A stretch of 64,000 nt of DNA from Thermodesulfobacteriota bacterium (GTDB lineage Bacteria; Desulfobacterota; Binatia; Bin18), in the NCBI GenBank assembly GCA_964291405.2, contig OZ219926.1:2400001-2464000 (forward strand), read 5' to 3'. The notes beneath the pieces are model-generated. The model searched no databases. It was not told where the DNA came from and saw nothing but the letters and a program-made list of their open reading frames with translations. Both the position numbers and the translations under genes were made by a program. Below, piece after piece: positions 1 through 10,410 of this stretch; positions within the stretch are counted from its first letter, which is position 1; every line of letters starts with the position of its first letter.

Positions 1-326
1 TTTGGGCATGTTTACCCGATGGAACAGACCGAGACGTGAAGTCTGACGGGTGTGTACGTCTCTTGCAGCTGACAGACGAGTCTGCTGAACCGACTGGTCT
101 CATCTTTACTCCTGATGGTACTGAAGCATACTTCAACATCCAACATAGCGCCGATGGGAACATGCCCTTGGTAGATGATTTTCGCACCGATGATCTTATC
201 CGTTTGGCCGGCTTCAGGGTAAGACCGCTCAAATATGATTTTGGCGCACGGACCGAGAGATCGCTGCAGCTCCAAACGTACCGGTATTTTGGTTTTGGAA
301 CCAAAAACCAAATCGAGGAGCCCTGA
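1..326 (+). CDS. PhoX/DUF839-like alkaline phosphatase family protein, C-terminal part (5' truncated by window)
   Basis: Frame is open from the window start (WACLPDGTDRDVKSDGC...). Contains the AEPTGLIFTPDG...FNIQH motif typical of the PhoX/DUF839 C-terminus. Confidence 0.7.
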   Translation, partial: WACLPDGTDRDVKSDGCVRLLQLTDESAEPTGLIFTPDGTEAYFNIQHSADGNMPLVDDFRTDDLIRLAGFRVRPLKYDFGARTERSLQLQTYRYFGFGTKNQIEEP

Positions 327-331
327 ACGCG

Positions 332-2032
332 ATGAAGCGGCTCGTGGTCAGTCTTTTGAGTCTTTGGGGTCTTTGGGGCCTGGACTCAACCAACTCAATG
401 GCACAACCGACTCAACTAGCCCAACCGACCCGAGCGATCAGCTATCCCCTCACGTCGGTCCAAAAGGTTGAGCTGCTGAAAGGATGGACGGCGGTGTTGC
501 CGCCCCGCTCCCCCGGATCGGGACTGGTCGGCGTCTATAACCCAGAGGCGGTGATTCCTCCGCAGTGCTACACCCGGACCGAGGGCCACTTTAATCCGTG
601 TTACGTCTGTCACCAAGATCATATCCCGGGCCGTGAAAATCGGATGAACGATGCCCATTTGCAACGCGCGTATAGCTTTAGTGACCAAGGACAAACCAAT
701 CGCTGGCGGAATCTGTTTGAAGACCGTAGTGAGCGGGTTGCTGCGATCAGCGATGAGGACATACAGGCGTGGATTAACGAAGATAATTTTTCCGAACTGG
801 CCGACCGATTGGAGGCGGTTCACTTTCGAGGCTATATTCCCCGACTTCAAAACCTGTCTGATGGGGTAGCCGCCTTTGATGAGGAGGGCTTTGCTAAGGA
901 TGGCAGCCATTGGGTGGCTTTTAGCTATAAGCCCTTTCCGAGTACGTTTTGGCCGACCAATGGGTCTACCGATGATGTCATGATCCGCTTGCCGGCCAAG
1001 TTTCGGCACATCCAAGACGGGGTCTATTCGCGCGAAGTGTATAAGGCCAATCTGGCGATTCTCGAAGCCGCAATTAAAGGCTTTGAGACCATTGGCAGCC
1101 TGCCTATTGATGAGACCCAACTCGGCCAGGACCTGAATGGTGACGGCGCGCTCGGCCGCATTCACGCCCTCACCCGCCCGGCAACCTATGTGGGGGCGGC
1201 GAGTGATACGCGGGTTGAACCCTATGTCTATCCCCACCGGACGGAATTTCTGCATACCGTGCGCTATGTCGGCGTCGACGCGGACGAGAGCATCACGAAT
1301 GCGCGGCGGATGAAAGAAGTGCGGTATATGCGGAAGCGGGATTTCCTGTCTAAAACGATCCTCGCCCATTATTACGACGAAGAGTATCAGGAAAAGCTGG
1401 AAGGCACGCTGCCCCACTATCCGGACCGCGGCCATGCGGGTCTGTACAATAAAATGGGCTGGCTGATCCAGGGGTTTATCGAAGACAAGGACGGGCGGCT
1501 GCGTTTCAATACCTACGAAGAGACTATGTTCTGCATGGGCTGCCATAACACGGTCGGCTCTACGATTGACAAGACGTATAGCTTCCCGCGCAAAATCGAC
1601 GGAGCGGCCGGCTGGGGCTATATCAATCTGCGCGGCATGCCGGACGCGCCCACCATAAACGAACAGCAGGGGGAAATCCTAACCTATCTTGAACGCGTGG
1701 GTGGCGGCACCGAGTTCCGCAACAATCCGGAAATGGCGGCACGTTGGTACCATACGGACGGGTCGGTCAATTATGCAGCCGTTGCCGCGGCCCGGGATGT
1801 CTATGAGCTGATTACCCCATCTCCCGCCCGGGCCTTATTGCTCAACAAAGCCTATAAGCTCATTGTCGAAGACCAGGACTTTATCTACGGCCGTGACGCG
1901 ACAGTAAGCCCGCCGGCAAACGTATACGAATACGTTGATAACACAACCGCCCCGACACTCCCACCGGACAAAATCTATACCTGGGATATTCGCCTCAATT
2001 GGGCAGCGGGAAGCGCGGAAGCAACAAAGTAG
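332..2032 (+). CDS. Exported hypothetical protein with two CXXCH heme-c motifs
   Basis: 566 aa with an N-terminal signal-like segment. Motifs CYVCH and CMGCH. SD-like GAGGAG upstream; starts 5 nt after the PhoX-like gene. Confidence 0.7.
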   Translation: MKRLVVSLLSLWGLWGLDSTNSMAQPTQLAQPTRAISYPLTSVQKVELLKGWTAVLPPRSPGSGLVGVYNPEAVIPPQCYTRTEGHFNPCYVCHQDHIPGRENRMNDAHLQRAYSFSDQGQTNRWRNLFEDRSERVAAISDEDIQAWINEDNFSELADRLEAVHFRGYIPRLQNLSDGVAAFDEEGFAKDGSHWVAFSYKPFPSTFWPTNGSTDDVMIRLPAKFRHIQDGVYSREVYKANLAILEAAIKGFETIGSLPIDETQLGQDLNGDGALGRIHALTRPATYVGAASDTRVEPYVYPHRTEFLHTVRYVGVDADESITNARRMKEVRYMRKRDFLSKTILAHYYDEEYQEKLEGTLPHYPDRGHAGLYNKMGWLIQGFIEDKDGRLRFNTYEETMFCMGCHNTVGSTIDKTYSFPRKIDGAAGWGYINLRGMPDAPTINEQQGEILTYLERVGGGTEFRNNPEMAARWYHTDGSVNYAAVAAARDVYELITPSPARALLLNKAYKLIVEDQDFIYGRDATVSPPANVYEYVDNTTAPTLPPDKIYTWDIRLNWAAGSAEATK

Positions 2033-2076
2033 CGTTGACGCGCTGTCACCTCCTTGATAGGCCCGCTACGGGGTAC

Positions 2077-2129
2077 AAAGAGTAAACGTGTCCAACCTTT
2101 TGTCTCTTTGGAGGACACGTTTACTCTTT
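2077..2129 (+). repeat. Short palindromic element, copy 1
   Basis: AAAGAGTAAACGTGTCC-19 nt-GGACACGTTTACTCTTT with perfect 17-bp arms, directly before the SD of the next gene. Confidence 0.95.
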
Positions 2130-2147
2130 ACAGAAGGAGGACCTGTT

Positions 2148-4556
2148 ATGCACGGCTTGGAAGGTGTTCGCGTATTGGAACTCGGCAATATGGTGTCTGC
2201 GGCGTATGCCACAAAGCTGCTGGCAGACCTTGGCGCCGATGTGATCAAAGTCGAAGAACCGGGTGGTGACTTGGCGCGAACCCGAGGCCCCTTTCCTCAA
2301 GGGCAGCCCGACCCAGAGCAGAGTGGCCTCTTTTTGTATTTGAATACCAATAAGCGCGGCGTGACCCTCGATATCCGCCAGGATGCTGAACGTCTGCGCA
2401 CCCTGATTGCGCAGACTGATGTGCTCATTCACAATTATGCTCCGCCGGCTATGGCCGAGCTCGGCCTCTCCTACGCGACGTTTCAGCAGGCGAATCCCAG
2501 CTTGGTGATGTGCTCGATCACCCCGTTTGGGCTGACCGGCCCGTATAAAGATTATAGAGCCTATGAGCTGAACCTAGCCCACGGGGGCGGCTGGGCCTGG
2601 CTGAGCCCTGGGGCCTCAGACTGGCCGGATCTACCTCCGCTCAAGGCTGCCGGCCACCAGGCCGACTTTCAGGGAGGACTGGCTGCGGCCATGACGAGTC
2701 TGGCCGCCTATGGCAAAGCCTACGAAACCGGCCAAGGTGAGCATATCGATCTTTCGATTCAGGAGTTTGTCGCCTCCTTCCTGGAACAAAACTTTGTCTA
2801 CTACTCCTATATGGGTCAGGTGGCGTCTCGGCTGGGCCGCCGCCTGATCTATCCCTGGGGCATGTATCAGTGTCAGGACGGCCTGATCTTTGTGGTGACG
2901 GTGGAGCAGGATCAATGGGAGCGCCTGGTTGATCTCATGGGGAATCCAGAATGGGCGAGTTGGGAAATATTCAAAGACCCCTTTGTCCGCGCCGAGAACT
3001 GGGATGTGCTCAAGACCTATCTCGACGAGTGGATGCAGGGCTGGACAGTCCAGGACCTCTTCGAGGCCGGCCAGGAGCGTCGGATCTGTTTTGCCCCTGT
3101 ATTGTCCATGGAAAGCATGGCCCAACAGGAACAGCTCAAAGCCCGCAATTTTTTTGTTGACGTGACCCACCCGAAGGCCGGGACACTGACCCATCTGGGC
3201 CCGCCCTACCAGCTCAAAGAGCCGTGGTGGGATATTCGCCGCCCGGCACCCCTGCTGGGCGAGCATAATGACGAGGTGCTGCGCGAAGCAGCCCCCCCGA
3301 CTCCGTCTCCCCAACCCCCAACCCCCGACACCAGCCTTCCCCTGGAAGGTCTGCGTGTCGTCGATTTTAGTTGGGCCTGGGCCGGGCCTTATTGTGCCCT
3401 ACAGCTGGCCCACCTGGGGGCAGAGGTCATTCGGGTTGAATCGCATGTGCGTCCCGACCTCGGACGACGTGTACCCATTTATCCAACCGGCATGGAGCCG
3501 AGCCTCAATCGCTCGGGCTATTTCAACCAATGGCACCAGGGCAAAAAGAGCACCCTGCTCAACTTGAGCAAGCCGGAAGCCATTCCCATCGTCACTGCCC
3601 TGATTGAGAAGTCCGACGTTGTGGTGGAGAACTTCGCAACCGGTGTAATGGAACGCTTGGGTCTCGGCTATGAGGAGCTGGCAGAGCGGAATCCGGCGCT
3701 GATCATGGCCTCCATCTCCGGCTACGGACATAGCGGACCACAAAAAAACTATATGGGCTACGGGCCAGCCATCGTGCCGCTGACCGGCCTGTCTTCGCTG
3801 ACCGGCTACCCTGGGCACGGTCCCCAGGAAGTCGGCATTTCGTATGGCGACCCGAATGGCGGTCTGAACGCCGCGGTGGCCATTACCGCGGCCGTGGCCG
3901 TGCGAAAACGGACGGGTAAGGGACAGCATATTGATGCCTCATTATGGGAAACCATGGCGGCGTTACTGGCGGAAGGCTGGATGGACTATGCCATGAATAC
4001 CACCCAGCCGCCGCGCATCGGCAATCGGGACCCGTGGATGGCTCCGCATAACTGCTTCCGCTGTGCCGGGCAGGAGACCGACCAAGATGAATGGGTCACC
4101 ATCGTCTGCGGGACGGATGAAGAATGGCAGGCCTTGTGCCAGGCCGTCGGGCAGGCCCACCTCAGTCAGGACACACGCTTTCGCACCGCAGCGGACCGCA
4201 AGGCAAACGAAGAGGAACTCGAACGCATCCTGACGGAGTGGACCAAAGAGCGAACGAAATGGGATGTGACTAAAACGCTCCAGGCCGTGGGTGTGGCCGC
4301 CTTTCCATCCATGAACAGCAAAGACTTGAGCGAGGACCCGCATTTGAGCGCGCGGGGCTTTTTTGCCCGCCTGCCGCATGCCGAGGTTGAGGTGCAGACC
4401 CATATCGGTATTCCGTGGCAGCTCACCGCCGCGCCAAACGGCGTCCGTTCCCCCGCTCCCCTCATGGGCCAGGACACTGAGTATGTGATGAAGGATCTGC
4501 TGAGGCATACTGACGAAGAAATTGCCGAACTCAAAGCCGCAGAAGTATTGTATTAG
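2148..4556 (+). CDS. Tandem-fused family III CoA-transferase (two CaiB/BaiF domains)
   Basis: Two 'LEGvRV...LGAdVIkVE' starts and two 'PAPLlG' ends, joined by a Pro-rich linker. AAGGAGG SD before the ATG at 2148. Confidence 0.9.
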   Translation: MHGLEGVRVLELGNMVSAAYATKLLADLGADVIKVEEPGGDLARTRGPFPQGQPDPEQSGLFLYLNTNKRGVTLDIRQDAERLRTLIAQTDVLIHNYAPPAMAELGLSYATFQQANPSLVMCSITPFGLTGPYKDYRAYELNLAHGGGWAWLSPGASDWPDLPPLKAAGHQADFQGGLAAAMTSLAAYGKAYETGQGEHIDLSIQEFVASFLEQNFVYYSYMGQVASRLGRRLIYPWGMYQCQDGLIFVVTVEQDQWERLVDLMGNPEWASWEIFKDPFVRAENWDVLKTYLDEWMQGWTVQDLFEAGQERRICFAPVLSMESMAQQEQLKARNFFVDVTHPKAGTLTHLGPPYQLKEPWWDIRRPAPLLGEHNDEVLREAAPPTPSPQPPTPDTSLPLEGLRVVDFSWAWAGPYCALQLAHLGAEVIRVESHVRPDLGRRVPIYPTGMEPSLNRSGYFNQWHQGKKSTLLNLSKPEAIPIVTALIEKSDVVVENFATGVMERLGLGYEELAERNPALIMASISGYGHSGPQKNYMGYGPAIVPLTGLSSLTGYPGHGPQEVGISYGDPNGGLNAAVAITAAVAVRKRTGKGQHIDASLWETMAALLAEGWMDYAMNTTQPPRIGNRDPWMAPHNCFRCAGQETDQDEWVTIVCGTDEEWQALCQAVGQAHLSQDTRFRTAADRKANEEELERILTEWTKERTKWDVTKTLQAVGVAAFPSMNSKDLSEDPHLSARGFFARLPHAEVEVQTHIGIPWQLTAAPNGVRSPAPLMGQDTEYVMKDLLRHTDEEIAELKAAEVLY

Positions 4557-4585
4557 ACAGGGGTTCGGGAAAAGAGGACCTGGCT

Positions 4586-5401
4586 ATGCAGTACCGCACT
4601 CTGGGTCGGACCGACCTACGCGTCAGTGCCGTGAGTATGGGTACGTGGAAAGCGTTCGATGTGCACGGGGAGCAGGCGATCGAGCATGTCGCTCGGCTGG
4701 TGACCGAAGCCCTGGCCTGTGGGGTGAATCTCTTTGATACTGCACCCATGTATGGCGAGGCGGAAAGCGTGCTGGGTCAGGTGCTGCGAGGCCGGCGCGA
4801 GGGCGTGATTATCGCGACCAAGGTCCTAGCGTCAGATCGCACCTCCGCTCAGCGCCTCATCGAAGCGTCATTTCAGAAACTTCAGATTGAGGTGATCGAC
4901 CTCATGCAGGTCCATAATATGGCGGCTTGGCGCACAGTTGCTCCACTCCTTGAAGAATACAAGGCCGCGGGACGCATTCGGTTTCTGGGCATAACCGACT
5001 ATCGAACCAGTATGTTTCCGGAAATGATAACGGCCATGCAAACCGGTATCTTTGATACGATCCAGATTCCATACAACATCGGGGAGAGAGAAGCCGAACG
5101 GGTCATCCTCCCCTTGGCTCAGCAGTGCAATATGGGTGTCTTAATCATGACGCCGCTGTGTCCGATCTTTCATCGATCCCAGCTGCTTCGGGTTTTGCAA
5201 CGGCACGATCTCTCATTCCTGGAGCCCTATGGTGTAACGACCCCAGGTCAGGCGCTACTCGCTTATCTGCTCGCAAAATCCGAAGACGCGGTTCTGCTGC
5301 CCGCCACCTCGCGCCTTGGACGGGTCCAAGAAAATACGACAGCCGGAGAGATCGCGGCATTACCACAGCAGTCGATTGGACAACTCGAAGCATTCTTTTG
5401 A
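4586..5401 (+). CDS. Aldo/keto reductase
   Basis: LGRTDLRVS, FDTAPMYG, IATK and IDLMQVHN motifs. Confidence 0.9.
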   Translation: MQYRTLGRTDLRVSAVSMGTWKAFDVHGEQAIEHVARLVTEALACGVNLFDTAPMYGEAESVLGQVLRGRREGVIIATKVLASDRTSAQRLIEASFQKLQIEVIDLMQVHNMAAWRTVAPLLEEYKAAGRIRFLGITDYRTSMFPEMITAMQTGIFDTIQIPYNIGEREAERVILPLAQQCNMGVLIMTPLCPIFHRSQLLRVLQRHDLSFLEPYGVTTPGQALLAYLLAKSEDAVLLPATSRLGRVQENTTAGEIAALPQQSIGQLEAFF

Positions 5402-5677
5402 CAGAGCAGGGACCAATCGGAGGACATGGATAGCGTTCTACACAGAGACGGCGGGTGCCCGGCTCCGCATTGATCGATCAGGCGCCCTCTGGCATACTAC
5501 CGCTCCTCACAGGAAGGAGACGAAGAGTCTAACGCTCAGAGATAGGGCAGGATACGCTACCGGAAAAGAGACCGTTCTCTCTGCAGGTCTCTTCCTCTCA
5601 CGAGCACGCATCCTGGGCATAATGTATAACCCTAGCCGGCATAGTTCCCGGCCAGGTAACAACACAAGGGAGATTGT

Positions 5678-7450
5678 GTGGAGTCTTTAGGTGATTGGCA
5701 GCGGAGCTGCTACTGCGGGGAGCCCCGTGTGACCCAAGTCGGACAGCCGCTGACCGTGATGGGTTGGGTGCATTCCCGACGCGATCATGGCGGCGTGACC
5801 TTTGTCGATGTCCGCGACCGTTCCGGGTTAGTCCAAATTGTCTGTAACCCGCAAGTCAGCCCCGCCGCCCATACCCAGGCGAAAGAACTGCGGCTGGAAT
5901 ATGTGGTAGCCGCGAGAGGAAGGCTGGAACGGCGCTCGCCGGAGACGATCAATCCGAACATCCCAACCGGCGAAGTCGAGCTCGTCGTGGAAGAGCTGCG
6001 GGTGCTCAACGCCTCGCGGACGCCGCCGTTTCCGATTGATGCCGAGACCGATCTGGCGGAGAACACGCGGCTGCGGTATCGCTATCTGGATTTACGTCGG
6101 CCAAAGATGTTCGAGAACCTCCGCCTCCGGCATCGACTGGCCAAAGTGGTCCGCGATTATCTTGACGGCGAGGAGTTTCTTGAGGTTGAAACCCCGGTCC
6201 TGACTCGGAGTACCCCGGAAGGCGCGCGCGACTACCTCGTCCCGAGCCGGGTCATTCCAGGCGGATTTTATGCCCTGCCACAGTCTCCGCAGTTGTTTAA
6301 GCAGTTGTTGATGGTGAGTGGGATGGAAAAATACTTCCAGATCGTGCGCTGCTTTCGGGATGAAGACTTACGGGCCGACCGTCAGCCTGAGTTCACCCAG
6401 ATTGATATTGAGATGTCGTTTGTCCGACCGAATGATGTGTTCCAGCTTATTGAAGGCATGATGGTCCGGTTGTGTAAGGAAGTGAAAGGTATCGACATCC
6501 CCACCCCGTTTCCCCGGATGCCGTACAGCCAGGCGATGGCCCGCTTTGGGAATGATAAACCTGACATTCGGTTCGGCCTGGAAATCCAGGAGCTGTCCGC
6601 GTTGTTCAGTCAGACCGACATCAAGGTCTTTCGGCAAATCGTTGCCGACGGGGGTGTGGTGCGTGGACTGATCGTATCGGACGATCCGTTCTCCCGCAAA
6701 GAACTCGATGACCTGATTCCGCTGGCTCAGGATTTCGGTGCAAAGGGCCTGGCCTGGATTCGTCTGACCGAGGACGGGTGGCAGTCCCCCTTGGCGAAAT
6801 TTGTGAGTGACGACCGGAAACAGGAAATTGAGACGGCCCTCGGGCTCAAACCAAAGGACTTGTTGCTGCTGATTGCCGATCAGGAACAGGTGGCGTGTGA
6901 GGTGCTGTCACGCCTGCGCCTCTATCTGGGCGACAAACTCGGGCTGATTGCCAAAGATGATATGCGTTTCCTGTGGGTGACGGACTTTCCGCTGGTCGAA
7001 TACGACGCGGACGAGAAGCGCTATATGGCCAAGCATCATCCGTTTACCTCGCCCAACGACCAAGATTTATCCCTGCTTGAGACCGACCCAGGGAAGGTAC
7101 GGGCGTTTGCCTACGATGTTGTGCTGAACGGCGTCGAATTGGGTGGTGGCAGTATCCGGATTCACCGCCAGGACGTGCAGCAAAGAATTTTCACCCTGCT
7201 GGGTATCGGTGAGGAGGAGGCTCAGGAGAAGTTCGGATTTCTGTTGGAAGCTCTGTCGTATGGCGCTCCTCCCCACGGTGGGATTGCCCTGGGATTTGAC
7301 CGTCTGGCCATGTTGTTTGCCGGTATGGAATCGCTGCGCGAGGTCATTGCCTTTCCCAAGACGGCCCGCGCTCAGTGCCTGATGACGCAAGCGCCGGGCG
7401 GGGTCGATACCAAACAGTTGCGAGAGTTGAGTATTAAAGTCGATCTGTAA
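5678..7450 (+). CDS. aspS: Aspartate-tRNA ligase (likely non-discriminating Asp/Asn type)
   Basis: RRDHGG, RLRYRYLDLR, STPEGARDY, FRDEDLRADRQPEFTQ and PPHGGIALGFDR motifs. His in RRDHGG is typical of ND-AspRS. Confidence 0.97.
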   Translation: MESLGDWQRSCYCGEPRVTQVGQPLTVMGWVHSRRDHGGVTFVDVRDRSGLVQIVCNPQVSPAAHTQAKELRLEYVVAARGRLERRSPETINPNIPTGEVELVVEELRVLNASRTPPFPIDAETDLAENTRLRYRYLDLRRPKMFENLRLRHRLAKVVRDYLDGEEFLEVETPVLTRSTPEGARDYLVPSRVIPGGFYALPQSPQLFKQLLMVSGMEKYFQIVRCFRDEDLRADRQPEFTQIDIEMSFVRPNDVFQLIEGMMVRLCKEVKGIDIPTPFPRMPYSQAMARFGNDKPDIRFGLEIQELSALFSQTDIKVFRQIVADGGVVRGLIVSDDPFSRKELDDLIPLAQDFGAKGLAWIRLTEDGWQSPLAKFVSDDRKQEIETALGLKPKDLLLLIADQEQVACEVLSRLRLYLGDKLGLIAKDDMRFLWVTDFPLVEYDADEKRYMAKHHPFTSPNDQDLSLLETDPGKVRAFAYDVVLNGVELGGGSIRIHRQDVQQRIFTLLGIGEEEAQEKFGFLLEALSYGAPPHGGIALGFDRLAMLFAGMESLREVIAFPKTARAQCLMTQAPGGVDTKQLRELSIKVDL

Positions 7451-7548
7451 TTGATCTGTTGGGTCGGTAGGGTCGTAGGGTCAGACCCAAAGGACCCCAC
7501 TGACTCTTTTCATGCCACCGCCGGACACGGTTCGGCATAATCATTAGC

Positions 7549-8964
7549 ATGCTGAGAACATGTGGTCGGCGCTTAGCCGTACTCGTATTGCTCTGGCACT
7601 GCCTTGCTCCATCCTCGTCACCGGCTGCGGAGACCTGTAGCACTATCCGTACGAGCTATAATCCGACGGCGGCTCTCCGGTCTGACGCTTTTACCTTGAC
7701 GCCCGACGATCCGCGCTGGTCCGCGTTTATCGAATGGGCCAAGGCGAAAAAGCTCTATACCTTTCAAGTCATCGGACTGAGCCAACCCCAAACGAGAGGG
7801 GAAGGGCCGCCCGGTATCGTCTTCCGCTGGGCCAAAGACACGGCCTGGCAAAATGATATTGTCCTCCCTTTTGGACAGGCCCTGGGACATATGATTGCCG
7901 AACGCCGCTGGCGAGACACTGACTTTCCAGAGTTTTTTTCCTCCCGCGGCGGCATATTCGGCGTTGATCTGGCCGAGCGACTGTCCGCCATGGATGCTCG
8001 AACATTAGGCCCCTGGCAAGAGTTCTTCCACAGCGTCACCGCACCCAAAAGTCCGGCACGGCCCCGGCTCAATGCCCGGCTGCTCAGTATTGCCCCAGAC
8101 GGGCAGTCGGCTTCGATTGCCCTTGGACAGGATCGGATAGCGCTCTATCTGGCAGACCGACTGCGGAGCGATTTGGCCTTGTTTTTGACAGATTGCACCG
8201 TTGCTGAATTCTTTGAGGAGTACGACACATCGAAGCAAGCAACCCCTGGTAAACGGGCTGAGACAACCGCTGAGGCGTCAGCCCTGGGCAAAGCCATCTA
8301 CACCAGTCAGTGTAGCGGCTGTCACGGCGAGGCTGGTGACGGGCAGGGCATACTGACACTGAGCTGGCTACCGCGACCGCGCAACTTCGTGCGTGGCTCA
8401 TTCCGGTATCGTTCCACACCCAGCGGCAGTCCGCCCACCGATGCGGACCTGTTCCGCACCGTGTCCGAAGGGCTGGCCGGGAGTGGGATGCCGGCGTTTG
8501 AGGCCATCCTCAGCGAGCAGGAGCGGCGAGATGTGGTGGATTATATCAAGCAATTCTCACAGCGTTTTTCCCCTGGGTCAGAGCCCTCACCAACGTCAGT
8601 TTCGGCGCCACCCCCTGAGACGGAACAACGCATCACCCGAGGCGCGTCGATCTACGTGGATTCCGGTTGTCCAAGTTGTCATGGGGCAGAGGGCAGGGGG
8701 GACGGGCGTTCGGGTCAGGACTTGAAAACCGCGGAGGGCGATCCCATCATACCCCGCGATCTCACCCATAAATGGAGTTTCCGTGGCGGCCACATGCCGA
8801 GCGATATCTATCGACGCATTGCCAATGGCATGGACGGCTCCTCTATGGCGGCATACGAAGAAGTGTTGGAGCCAAATGATCTGTGGGACTTGGTCTTTTA
8901 CGTGCTCTCGCTCTCTCCGGAGCAGCGGCCACAAGCCGGTCCTGGAGCGGAACACAAGAAATAA
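7549..8964 (+). CDS. Periplasmic di-heme cytochrome c with an unknown N-terminal domain
   Basis: Signal peptide; CSGCHG and CPSCHG motifs with PRNF/PRDL and GxxM distal-ligand segments. Confidence 0.8.
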   Translation: MLRTCGRRLAVLVLLWHCLAPSSSPAAETCSTIRTSYNPTAALRSDAFTLTPDDPRWSAFIEWAKAKKLYTFQVIGLSQPQTRGEGPPGIVFRWAKDTAWQNDIVLPFGQALGHMIAERRWRDTDFPEFFSSRGGIFGVDLAERLSAMDARTLGPWQEFFHSVTAPKSPARPRLNARLLSIAPDGQSASIALGQDRIALYLADRLRSDLALFLTDCTVAEFFEEYDTSKQATPGKRAETTAEASALGKAIYTSQCSGCHGEAGDGQGILTLSWLPRPRNFVRGSFRYRSTPSGSPPTDADLFRTVSEGLAGSGMPAFEAILSEQERRDVVDYIKQFSQRFSPGSEPSPTSVSAPPPETEQRITRGASIYVDSGCPSCHGAEGRGDGRSGQDLKTAEGDPIIPRDLTHKWSFRGGHMPSDIYRRIANGMDGSSMAAYEEVLEPNDLWDLVFYVLSLSPEQRPQAGPGAEHKK

Positions 8965-8974
8965 GGAGGAAAAC

Positions 8975-9808
8975 ATGGGCAGACTGGATGGAAGAGTCGC
9001 CGTGATTACGGGCGGAGCCAGCGGTATTGGAGCTGCAACAGTTCGTCTGTTCGCCGCAGAAGGAGCCCGGGTTGTGGTGGCGGATATGCAGGAGGACAGG
9101 GGCCAGGAGATGGCGCGCGAGCTGGGAGACCAAGGCGCTTTTGTCCAGGTGAACGTGACCCAGGAGGCCGAGGTCAAAGCGGCCATTGAGACCGCGGTCG
9201 AACGCTGGGGCCGGCTAGACTGTATTTACAATAACGCCGGCTTTGGCGGTGCGCTAGGGCCGATCGAGAGCATCAGCGTAGAAGACTACGATATGACCTT
9301 TGATGTGCTGCTCAAAGGCGTGTTTCTCGGTATCAAGCATGCCGCGCCCATCATGAAAAAACAGCAGTCCGGCAGTATTATCAGTACCTCCAGCGCGGCC
9401 GGCGTAGAAGCCGGCATGGCGACCCACCTCTACAGTGTGGCCAAGGCGGGGGTGATTCATCTGACCAAGTCGGTCGCCCTGGAACTGGGTGAGTTCAATA
9501 TTCGCGCGAACTGCATCTGTCCGGGTGCGATTGTGACGCCCCTGGCCGTTGGTCGGCCGTCGCCAACGGACAAACAGGTGGCCGGTCTGCGCAAAGGCGC
9601 GGCCCACCTGCATCCTCTCGGTCGGGTCGGCGAGCCGGAAGAGATCGCCAAAGCCGCCTTATGGCTGGCCAGTGATGACGCGAGTTTTGTGACCGGTCAG
9701 GCCCTGGCCGTAGACGGCGGGATCACCGCCGGCCGGCCCTGGCGCGACCTGCCCGAATTTCATCGCACGCCCCATCCGATCCGGATGTACCGCGTACCGG
9801 AAAAGTAG
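8975..9808 (+). CDS. SDR family oxidoreductase
   Basis: TGGASGIG, NNAG and YSVAK motifs. AAGGAGG SD before the ATG at 8975. Confidence 0.92.
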   Translation: MGRLDGRVAVITGGASGIGAATVRLFAAEGARVVVADMQEDRGQEMARELGDQGAFVQVNVTQEAEVKAAIETAVERWGRLDCIYNNAGFGGALGPIESISVEDYDMTFDVLLKGVFLGIKHAAPIMKKQQSGSIISTSSAAGVEAGMATHLYSVAKAGVIHLTKSVALELGEFNIRANCICPGAIVTPLAVGRPSPTDKQVAGLRKGAAHLHPLGRVGEPEEIAKAALWLASDDASFVTGQALAVDGGITAGRPWRDLPEFHRTPHPIRMYRVPEK

Positions 9809-9856
9809 AACTCCGGGGATTGGGGATGAGGGGTTCAGGATTGGGGAAGGCGCAAT

Positions 9857-9883
9857 GTAGGGGCAACCCCCTGTGGTTGCCCT
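9857..9883 (+). repeat. GTAG-type REP-like hairpin
   Basis: GTAG followed by GGGCAACC-ccctgt-GGTTGCCC, between convergent genes. Confidence 0.55.
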
Positions 9884-9945
9884 TCCTAATTCCCCAGAAA
9901 ATCCCCTCCTTGGGGGGATGGCCGAAGGCCGGGGTAGGTTCTGTT

Positions 9946-10410
9946 CTATGACAGCGCCTCAATCACCTCGGCAGGCGCCTGTACCAGCTCAATCAACACG
10001 CCCTCGCCACACAGCGGGAAGTCCGCATTACCCTTGGGGTGGATGAAACACACATCATAGCCGGCCGCGCCCTTGCGTATGCCGCCCGGCGTGAACCGCA
10101 CACCCTGCTCGGCCAGCCATTTTTCAGCCGCGTGCAGGTCATCGATCCACAGACCGATATGATTCAGCGGCGGGTCCTGGACCTTGGGCCGTTTCTCCGG
10201 GTCGATAGGCTGCATTAAATCCACTTCCAGTTTGAGTGGTCCCGAGCCAATCACCGCAATGTCCTCATCCACATTCTCGTTCTCGCTACGATAGTTGCCG
10301 CTCAGGCTCAGCCCCAGGGTATCGACCCAGAACTTCCGTAGCGGATTCTTATCCAGCCCGCCTACCGCGATTTGTTGAATCCCCAGCACTCTAAACGGTC
10401 GCTCACTCAT
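9946..10410 (-). CDS. VOC/glyoxalase family protein (methylmalonyl-CoA epimerase-like)
   Basis: QQIAVG...[10 protein letters not shown]...FIHPK...GVLIELVQ metal-binding VOC pattern. Start MSERPF at 10410. Confidence 0.85.
   Translation of the reverse strand: MSERPFRVLGIQQIAVGGLDKNPLRKFWVDTLGLSLSGNYRSENENVDEDIAVIGSGPLKLEVDLMQPIDPEKRPKVQDPPLNHIGLWIDDLHAAEKWLAEQGVRFTPGGIRKGAAGYDVCFIHPKGNADFPLCGEGVLIELVQAPAEVIEALS

Noticed and set aside
416-1546. Long antisense ORFs (e.g. 416-1546, 13819-14661, 35473-36261, 48842-49729, 53505-54365)
   Set aside because: They shadow well-supported genes on the opposite strand in GC-rich DNA and contain no recognisable motifs.
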